Positions 34,303 to 40,601 of a DNA stretch of 40,601 nt are shown one piece after another. The DNA is from a virus (taxonomy: Duplodnaviria; Caudoviricetes). Position 1 is the first letter of the stretch; every line of letters starts with the position of its first letter. The position numbers were made by a program, and so were the translations under genes. The DNA is taken from positions 1-40,601 of the IMG/VR virus record IMGVR_UViG_3300037462_000913. One strand, given 5' to 3'. The notes below the pieces were generated by a model. That model ran no database searches and was not told where the DNA came from. It was given only the letters and a program-made list of their open reading frames with translations.

Positions 34303-36444
34303 TCATCCGAAAATCGCGTCCCCGAAATCGTCCCAGAGCAGACGCTCCGACCGGTATTCCGAGGTGTTCTGGAAGACCGAGAGCCAGCGCTCTTGGTCCC
34401 GCGTGACGGGTTCACCTGCCTCCAGCTTCCGTTCGATGTCCAAGGCCCGGCGGAACCGGTCGCGTGCGGTTTCCTCGGCCGTCGCGGCAGGGGTCTTGCC
34501 TGCCCGTGCGGCGTCCAGATTGGCGACAACGCCCGCCTGAATGCGATCGAAGGTCGCCTCGTCGATCGGCGGCGACCCGCTGGGCCGGGCCGGAGCCTCG
34601 GGTAGCGCCTTGCCGAACTGTGCGCGCACTACTTTGGCCTCGACCCTGGGCACAGGCGCGGTGGACAGCGCGTCCACGGTCATCCCCAACTGCATGGCCG
34701 TCAGTGTCCGATGTGCCTCGACTTCGGCTTTCTGAGCCTTCAGCCAAGCCGACCGTGCGCGGGCATGGATGCGCGCCTCGTCCATGTCGAAGAAGCCGAC
34801 CTTCAACCGGCACGCGGCATGGCCGAGATAGGCCCCGTCCTGGGCATAGACATGGATGCCCGACCACAGATCCGCTGGGGCGAAGCGGATCACCACTCGA
34901 TGGCCCGCGAACTCTGTCAGCCAGGGCTCCCAGAACTCGTTCCCCTGGAAGCGGATCATCCCGCTCTTGGCATCGGCCCGCAGGCCCTCGGCCCCCAGCA
35001 GCCACAACCGGCGCTGCGCCTCGGTCGCCTTGCGGATCGGCGCGGTCGCATAGCTTTCGTCGAAGACCGCGTTGAAAGACCGCCCGAAGGCCACTTCTGA
35101 CCGGCGGTTCTCGCGGGCATTGTGCTCCTCGATCCCCTCGGCGACGACTTTCAGGAACTCCTCCAGCTCCACCGCGCGGCTGCCGTAGTTCTCGGGCTTC
35201 GCGTCGATCGTGTTGCCGGTGTAGGCCCCAGCCAGGCGCGGGTCCTTTGCGATGGACTGGCACATGTCCCGGAAGGCGCGCTCGATCGGCTTCGATTGGC
35301 CGCTGTAGGGCGTGGCCCAGTGGATCGTGCAGCCAAGCGCCGTGAAGAGGCCCGGAATGTCGTCTTCCTTGACCTTGAACCGGAACCGGGTGGCAGCGCC
35401 GCCGGTGATGGCCTTCGCTGCGAACTCGCGCCCGTTGTCTAGGAGGACATGCTCCGGGATGCCCCAGGCCTCGATCATGTCGCCCGCGCACAGCATGACG
35501 GCAGTCGAGTTGGGCGTCTGGTCGATCCGCCAGGCCAGGATGCGGCCCGAATAGATGTCCTGGAACGCGACCATCTGGGGCCGCGTGACAAGGCCGGGCT
35601 CGCTGCCGACGGCTGGCCAGCGGACGAAAACGTCGAACTTGTGGAAGTCGGCGTTCACCGCCTGCAAGGCCTGAAGACAGGTCTTGTCCCGGACCTGAGA
35701 GGGGAAGAGCCGCTTGACGGCATCGACGCCCTGCCGCGCCAGCACTTGGGTCACCCGGCTGACGGCCGCGTCGAGATGCCTCCGCATGGTCCGCTCGGGC
35801 AGGATGTCCAGGCCCTTCTCTTTGGCCACCCGCACGGCGCGGCGATAGCAGTCGGTGAAGGGCGGGGCTTCCAGGCGCAGATAGTCCGACTTCAGAAGCT
35901 CGACGAACTCCGGGCTGCACTCCTTGGCGCGGGGCCGCTTCTCGGCGGCGCGGTTCCGGGGCGCGAGGTAAGCCAGCCGGTCATGCACCGCGATCCCCTC
36001 GATCATGGCGAACCACGACCAGACCGTGCGCGCCCCGACCTGATCCATCTGCGCCACCTGTTCGACAGCCAGGAACCGCCCGATGCCGGGTTCCAGCGCC
36101 TCGACCTTCTGGATCACCAGAAGTCGCGCCTCGGCCTTGGATTTCACAGTCTGCGGCAGGCCCTCGTACCAGGCCCAGACCTCGTCACGGGCGCGGGCGG
36201 CAGCGGCCTTCGGGGCTACGGCCTGCTTGATCAGCGCCTGCTGGGCCCGGTTCGGGAAGAGCTTCCAGCTGTACTCCCAGCCCCCGCCCTTGCCCGCCCG
36301 ACGGCGCGCGAACTTGCTGGCTCCGCGCCAGTTCAGCCGGTCTGCCAGAGCGTCAACGCCCTGCCGGGTCTTCGGCAGGTCCGGCAGACCGCTCTCGGCG
36401 ATCTGCGCAGGCGTCCACCATTCCTGGGCGGGGGTGAGGGTCAC
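34303..36444 (-). CDS. MuA-like DDE transposase
   Basis: N-terminal Mu HTH (LP.LPKT..G), AD.H..DVFV, DNGREF, GQSKPIERAF. Confidence 0.96.
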   Translation of the reverse strand: MTLTPAQEWWTPAQIAESGLPDLPKTRQGVDALADRLNWRGASKFARRRAGKGGGWEYSWKLFPNRAQQALIKQAVAPKAAAARARDEVWAWYEGLPQTVKSKAEARLLVIQKVEALEPGIGRFLAVEQVAQMDQVGARTVWSWFAMIEGIAVHDRLAYLAPRNRAAEKRPRAKECSPEFVELLKSDYLRLEAPPFTDCYRRAVRVAKEKGLDILPERTMRRHLDAAVSRVTQVLARQGVDAVKRLFPSQVRDKTCLQALQAVNADFHKFDVFVRWPAVGSEPGLVTRPQMVAFQDIYSGRILAWRIDQTPNSTAVMLCAGDMIEAWGIPEHVLLDNGREFAAKAITGGAATRFRFKVKEDDIPGLFTALGCTIHWATPYSGQSKPIERAFRDMCQSIAKDPRLAGAYTGNTIDAKPENYGSRAVELEEFLKVVAEGIEEHNARENRRSEVAFGRSFNAVFDESYATAPIRKATEAQRRLWLLGAEGLRADAKSGMIRFQGNEFWEPWLTEFAGHRVVIRFAPADLWSGIHVYAQDGAYLGHAACRLKVGFFDMDEARIHARARSAWLKAQKAEVEAHRTLTAMQLGMTVDALSTAPVPRVEAKVVRAQFGKALPEAPARPSGSPPIDEATFDRIQAGVVANLDAARAGKTPAATAEETARDRFRRALDIERKLEAGEPVTRDQERWLSVFQNTSEYRSERLLWDDFGDAIFG

Positions 36445-37301
36445 TTTTCATCCCCCTCCGGTTCCAGGAAGTTGGCCAGCGGCTCGCCCTTGTTCTGGGC
36501 TTCCCAAACCTCGTGGCGGTACTGCATCAGGAACCGATTCTTCGCGGCCATCGGCGCCCGTGCCCAGGCCTTGGAAAGAGCCGTGAAGGCCTCTTCAGCC
36601 GGGTCCTTAACGGGGGCTTCACCGCCCGCCTCGGCCTTCGCGGCGCGGATGGCCGTGGCGACCTTCTTGCCCTCAAGCAGCGCTTCGACAGCCAGGGCCC
36701 GGAGCGGCTGATCGCCGATCTTGCCCAGCTTCTCGACCTCGCTCATCGGGATCTTGTGGCGCGCAGCTTGAAGGGCGGCACGCTCGTCGCGAGTCAGGGC
36801 GCGCCCAGCAGCGATAATCCTGCGCACCTGCGCTGGAGTGATCTGGCGGCTCTCGGCGACGAGTTCTGCAACGTGCAAATTTGCACGTTGCAGACCGTTC
36901 TTCGCGAGCGCACCGGCCACGCCACGCTTCGTCTCCGGGTGCAGCTTTTCGTATTCGTCCTGATAGACGCCAAGGAAGATGGCGTCCTGAACAGGCGTCA
37001 TTCCGGCAGTCAGGTTGCCGGTCACTTCCAGCCGTCGTGCCTCGCTGGAGCTGCAGTCCAGCACGTCGGCGCGGATCGTCTCCCGGCCCAGGCGCCGCAC
37101 AGCTTCCAGCCGGTGCGCCCCATCGATCAGGGTGTTGGTTTTGCCGAGCCGGCGCACGGTGATCGCGCCCAGGAACACGCCTTCCTCGATCACTTGCATC
37201 AGGGCTGCGACCTTAGCCTCGCTGATCGGACGCAGCCGGTCGGCCGGCACCCGGATGTCTGCAAGCGCCACTTCGCTGAAGGAAGGCATACGTTCAGCCA
37301 C
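36441..37301 (-). CDS. ParB N-terminal domain protein
   Basis: ITVR....LIDGAHRLEA...LG; YE.LHPETK.G.AG; GGAGG RBS. Confidence 0.88.
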   Translation of the reverse strand: MAERMPSFSEVALADIRVPADRLRPISEAKVAALMQVIEEGVFLGAITVRRLGKTNTLIDGAHRLEAVRRLGRETIRADVLDCSSSEARRLEVTGNLTAGMTPVQDAIFLGVYQDEYEKLHPETKRGVAGALAKNGLQRANLHVAELVAESRQITPAQVRRIIAAGRALTRDERAALQAARHKIPMSEVEKLGKIGDQPLRALAVEALLEGKKVATAIRAAKAEAGGEAPVKDPAEEAFTALSKAWARAPMAAKNRFLMQYRHEVWEAQNKGEPLANFLEPEGDEK

Positions 37302-37566
37302 GATCAGCCTCCGCCCGATAGGTAGCGACGAGGGTTTGGATCGAGAGCCGTGCTTCGGTGACGATTTGCTCGATTCTCAAGAGAGCTGAGTCAGCCTCAT
37401 CGCTGATGATTTCGAGGTGATCGGAGTTGCCCTGGGAAAGGATATCCTTGATGTCCTCATCGGACATGTGAGCTTCTCTGCAGAGGTCGCCCACGATCAG
37501 GCAAAGCTGACCGAGGGTCCAGTCCACATAGTTGAGTACCGATCGCGCGTCTTCCGGTAGGGTCAT
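37294..37566 (-). CDS. hypothetical acidic protein
   Basis: Coupled ORF, lower GC. Confidence 0.65.
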   Translation of the reverse strand: MTLPEDARSVLNYVDWTLGQLCLIVGDLCREAHMSDEDIKDILSQGNSDHLEIISDEADSALLRIEQIVTEARLSIQTLVATYRAEADRG

Positions 37567-37817
37567 TTCAGGTCAGGTGCCTTCGTCATGGTGTAGTAGA
37601 AGCAGGTGCCCACTCCGCTGGGGGCAGCCTGCCGGACGCAGGTGATTTCCGCGCTGTGGACGCGCAGCTCCGAGATGCTGGCGCTGACCGCCATCACCTT
37701 GGCCCGCCGCACGATATCCAGCGTGGTCAGCGTCTGGCCGGTCCCGAGCACCTTCAGCAACCGGCGCAGCCGGGGACTGGAAAGGCTGGCAGCATGGATC
37801 CGGCCGATCGCGCTCAT
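37563..37817 (-). CDS. winged-HTH protein
   Basis: SPRL.R.L..L....TTLDI...A.V.AV.A.ISELR; ATG 37817. Confidence 0.75.
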   Translation of the reverse strand: MSAIGRIHAASLSSPRLRRLLKVLGTGQTLTTLDIVRRAKVMAVSASISELRVHSAEITCVRQAAPSGVGTCFYYTMTKAPDLK

Positions 37818-38137
37818 TTCGCTCGTCCGCTCCGGGGGGCCAGGCCGTAGGGGTTCCAGTTGTCGGCCTCCTTCGACCGGCAGCGGCTGCACAACCGGTT
37901 GTGGATGCCCTCGCTCTGGAAGGGCTCCGTGCAGCACATGCAGGCACGGGTTTTGCGGCGTGCAGCCAGATCAGTCTCTTTCTGCCGGGTGGACGCGGTC
38001 GCGGCGGCCTGCGAAAGCGAGCTGTAGCGGCCATAGACCGCGTTGTCGGGTGTGCGAACCTCAAAGACCTCCTCGGCCTTCTGCACAACCCGCCACTTCC
38101 CAAGGCCCGGCTTGCTGAACTTCTCCATGCCCATCAC
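37814..38137 (-). CDS. zinc-finger protein
   Basis: R.CMCC...F.SEG.HNRLC..C. Confidence 0.78.
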   Translation of the reverse strand: MMGMEKFSKPGLGKWRVVQKAEEVFEVRTPDNAVYGRYSSLSQAAATASTRQKETDLAARRKTRACMCCTEPFQSEGIHNRLCSRCRSKEADNWNPYGLAPRSGRAK

Positions 38138-38367
38138 CGCCGCTCCTTCCGGGCCAGCAGCATCGTGATCCGGCCCAGCTCGTGGCTCTCGGACAAACGG
38201 GTCATCTCGGCCACCATCGCGTCACAGGCGCGGGCATAGCGGATCGTCGCATCGTCGCGCGCGATCTGGGTGGCACCGGGATCCTTCATCTGGTCCTGCG
38301 CCACCTGGGCGGCGCGATGGTGACCTACCAGCCGGGTCCAGGCCTCGGGAACAGGCGCACCGCTCAT
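38134..38367 (-). CDS. hypothetical protein
   Basis: GGAGG RBS, coupled junctions. Confidence 0.7.
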   Translation of the reverse strand: MSGAPVPEAWTRLVGHHRAAQVAQDQMKDPGATQIARDDATIRYARACDAMVAEMTRLSESHELGRITMLLARKERR

Positions 38368-38648
38368 AGCCGTCCCTCCGCGATGCCGTTCAACTGCTCC
38401 AGGATCAGGCCCAGGAACGTGGCAAGACCCGGGTCTCGGGCCAGCCGCAACAGAGTCTCGTCGGCCACCAGGCTGGCGACGGCGGCGTCCCTGGCAGCCC
38501 GGCTGTCGATGGTTGCCGAGGTGTCGAAGCTGTCAGAAATCGTGGCGCAGCGCTCGGCCTCGGCAGCGGCATGCAAAAAGCCCGCAAGCCGTGCGCGCTC
38601 TGACTGCGCGACCATGCGGCGGGTCAGGTCGATGACCGGGGCGTTCAT
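38364..38648 (-). CDS. hypothetical protein
   Basis: ATG 38648 with GGAGG RBS. Confidence 0.65.
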   Translation of the reverse strand: MNAPVIDLTRRMVAQSERARLAGFLHAAAEAERCATISDSFDTSATIDSRAARDAAVASLVADETLLRLARDPGLATFLGLILEQLNGIAEGRL

Positions 38649-39127
38649 CGCTGGCCCTCCGTCCCACACGTCTTCAAGCCGGGCACCATCGCCAAGACCT
38701 CAGCTCCGGTGAGCCAGGTGAAATCCCGCGTCAGACCCCAATCCGACCGGAACTTTTCGGCGATCGGTTCGGGATGGTGGCTGGCGATCTTGTCGACCAG
38801 GCTCAGAAGGTACCGAATGCTCTGGTCACCCGACCGCGGTCCATGGAACCCGAACACGGCATCCGGTGACACGCAGACATTTGGCATGCCCAGAAACATG
38901 GTGCAGCTCGACTTGCAGCTGCCCAGGATGCGCACCTCGGTCCTGCCCAGATCGGCAATCAGGTCGGCATAATCGTCGATGTTGCCACCGCCGTCGGACA
39001 TGATCGTCAGGCTGGTCGCGGTCTCGATCACCCAGTCGCTGTTCTTGAAGACTGGATCGTCATCGGCGGCAACGGGGCAGGTGGCTGCAGCGACCACCAG
39101 GGCCGCAAGGGTCATGCGCGCGCTCAT
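38645..39127 (-). CDS. exported ClpP/crotonase-like protein
   Basis: Signal peptide; D.GG.I, I.G.C.S.CT, VCV.P.A.FGFH.P; ATG 39127. Confidence 0.7.
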   Translation of the reverse strand: MSARMTLAALVVAAATCPVAADDDPVFKNSDWVIETATSLTIMSDGGGNIDDYADLIADLGRTEVRILGSCKSSCTMFLGMPNVCVSPDAVFGFHGPRSGDQSIRYLLSLVDKIASHHPEPIAEKFRSDWGLTRDFTWLTGAEVLAMVPGLKTCGTEGQR

Positions 39128-39540
39128 GCGACTGCCTCCCGGCGAACGAATTCTGCGAGGTTCTTGCAGATCTCCTCGCGGGCCGGTTTGTTTGCGAAAT
39201 CTACCATCCGATCCCAAACCGCCCGGTACTGCGGCCCGTTGATCAAGCCCAGAAGCTCGACTGTGGCGGTATCGGCCCGCTCCAGGTGCCACTCGCGCAC
39301 GGCAGCGCCCTCGCGGAACCGGAACGCAGCCTCGATCTCGGCCTCGGCAAAGTCCGCTTTCTCGCGGACGGCCTGGATCAGCTCCAGGTCAGTCAGCATC
39401 GCCTTGGGGGAAAGGGCGTTCATTTCGCGCCCCCCCAGGGATAGGATCACAGGGATGACGGCGAACAGGAGGGCGGCCGCAATCAGCTCGCTCTCCCATG
39501 CGTCGCCCAGCCGCCGCAGGGCAGCAAGAATCTTGGTCAT
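39124..39540 (-). CDS. hypothetical protein with N-terminal TM segment (internal start at 39423 possible)
   Basis: GGAG RBS before ATG 39540. Confidence 0.55.
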   Translation of the reverse strand: MTKILAALRRLGDAWESELIAAALLFAVIPVILSLGGREMNALSPKAMLTDLELIQAVREKADFAEAEIEAAFRFREGAAVREWHLERADTATVELLGLINGPQYRAVWDRMVDFANKPAREEICKNLAEFVRREAVA

Positions 39541-39572
39541 GGCAGGTCTCCAGGTGGTTAAGGGATGGGGCA

Positions 39573-39833
39573 TCACGCAGCCCTCCGAGCGCGCGACGAC
39601 TTCGCGCCACAGCTCGGGCGTTGGATGTCAGCAGGCCAGGCAAGGTCGGCGGGCCAGTTCGCGTCGAACCAGTCCAACATCCTCATCGCGACCCTGACGG
39701 TGCAGCCGCCGCCCTTCTTCAGATGCGACAGTTTCTTGCCGTCGCCGCTCGCGTAGGTCGAGATCGTCGACAGCTTGCGGCCATCATGGGCACAAAAGGT
39801 TTCTGCCAGTCTCAGTAGGGTAAGGGTTTCCAT
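39573..39833 (-). CDS. Cro/Ner-like regulator
   Basis: First gene divergent from the repressor; HTH plus WF..NWP.DL.WP.DI.RP. Confidence 0.8.
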   Translation of the reverse strand: METLTLLRLAETFCAHDGRKLSTISTYASGDGKKLSHLKKGGGCTVRVAMRMLDWFDANWPADLAWPADIQRPSCGAKSSRARRAA

Positions 39834-39845
39834 ACCGCCCGCCAT

Positions 39846-39920
39846 TCGGTGTTGATACCGAGCAGCTAACCGGTACGGCTACCGATAGTCAAGCGCTATT
39901 TCATTCGGTAATAATCCCGA
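39846..39920. promoter_or_regulatory. three 16-bp palindromic operators (TCGGT-N6-ACCGA) with divergent promoters
   Basis: tcggtgttgataccga 39846-61, ccggtacggctaccga 39870-85, tcggtaataatcccga 39905-20; minus-strand TTGACT at 39887-92. Confidence 0.8.
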
Positions 39921-39923
39921 GTC

Positions 39924-40601
39924 GTGGAAACCTTTGTTCAAACTTTCAGCGATCTGATTCGTGATCGCTTGGCCGAGCTTCGGTTGAACGCTTTTGCAGC
40001 GGAGAACGCGGCTGGCCTGCCGCCAGACGCCATTCGCAACGTGCTCCGGTCCGAAAAGCAGGCCGGGCCCACACTCGCCCGCACAAAGGAAATCTGTGAT
40101 GCCCTCGGCCTGGAAATAAGGATCGGAACAAAGCAGGAGATGGCTGTCCTGGACGCCCCTCCAGTCGTCGGTACTAACGATGATGGCACTGCGCCGCCTT
40201 CCGGCTTCCTGACCATCCCATGGCACGGTGCCGGACCAGGCTCAGGCAGCGCGCCTGTCGCCTTCTCGCGGGTCTGGCTGGAACGTCACCAGCTCGTGCC
40301 TGACTTTTTGCAGGCGATCCTTCCCGACCGTTACGAGATCTCGCCGCATCCGGGGGATGAGGTCGTCGCCCTCATCGACACCCGCATCGGTACCCGGTCC
40401 GGCCCTGGCCTTTGGTGTCTGCGGGAAGCTGGGCGCGTGTTGGTCGCTAGGATGACCTTCGCGGGGGACCAGGCCGTCATTCACCCCACCACACCGGACG
40501 GCCCAGCCCGAATCCTCGACGCAAGATCTACCACCCTGATGGGCCTTGTCGGCCGCGTCGTCTGGCTCGGCCAGATCGTGCCCCTGAAGGGCAAGATCTG
40601 A
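39924..40601 (+). CDS. CI-like repressor (XRE HTH + degenerate S24 domain)
   Basis: AGL..DAIRNVLR....PTL....IC.ALGL; C-terminal VGRVVW; divergent orientation. Confidence 0.85.
   Translation: METFVQTFSDLIRDRLAELRLNAFAAENAAGLPPDAIRNVLRSEKQAGPTLARTKEICDALGLEIRIGTKQEMAVLDAPPVVGTNDDGTAPPSGFLTIPWHGAGPGSGSAPVAFSRVWLERHQLVPDFLQAILPDRYEISPHPGDEVVALIDTRIGTRSGPGLWCLREAGRVLVARMTFAGDQAVIHPTTPDGPARILDARSTTLMGLVGRVVWLGQIVPLKGKI

Larger units (their letters stand above)
1..40601 (-). mobile_element. Mu-like transposable prophage with siphovirus-type tail; terminal att ends lie outside the window
   Basis: Adjacent MuA/MuB, GemA, Mor, gp27-gp28-gp29-gp30-gp31-gp32-gpT-gp36 synteny, tail tube/tape measure with no sheath gene, Dam at the mom position. 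Confidence 0.96.

Noticed and set aside
758-36711. Many long plus-strand ORFs (e.g. 7223-9067, 11778-13643, 14017-15888, 18951-21011)
   Set aside because: Antisense shadows of high-GC minus-strand genes; no recognisable motifs or RBS
39910-39920. 11-nt match (ataatcccgag) between the operator region and the tRNA anticodon arm
   Set aside because: Short, opposite orientation, and explained by the operator/-10 sequence; not credible as an att site

Overview
The window is an essentially complete Mu-like (transposable) prophage of a high-GC alphaproteobacterium (Rhodobacteraceae-like is my inference). It is trimmed at the stop codons of the first and last genes, so the Mu ends are not visible. 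All genes except the repressor are on the minus strand. From right to left the order is: a CI-like repressor and Cro/Ner switch with three palindromic operators; early genes (ParB-like, MuA transposase, MuB ATPase, DnaA-C HTH, DUF3164, HU, ASCH, GemA, a methyltransferase, a Mor/C activator); lysis genes; terminase; portal; MuF; head genes; a siphovirus-type tail; accessory virion proteins; a Dam-like methylase; and a thermonuclease. Most notable: (1) MuF carries a C-terminal R-S-E ADP-ribosyltransferase followed by an unrecognised candidate immunity gene. (2) A second, standalone mini-MuF in the early region is flanked by a 15-bp direct repeat. (3) An Acb2-like anti-CBASS sponge sits between the terminase genes. 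(4) A chimeric tRNA-Met(CAU) lies inside the head operon. (5) A G10 tract frameshifts a lysis-region gene. (6) A -1 frameshift gene is missing from the ORF track. All family assignments come from motif recognition by eye, not database searches.
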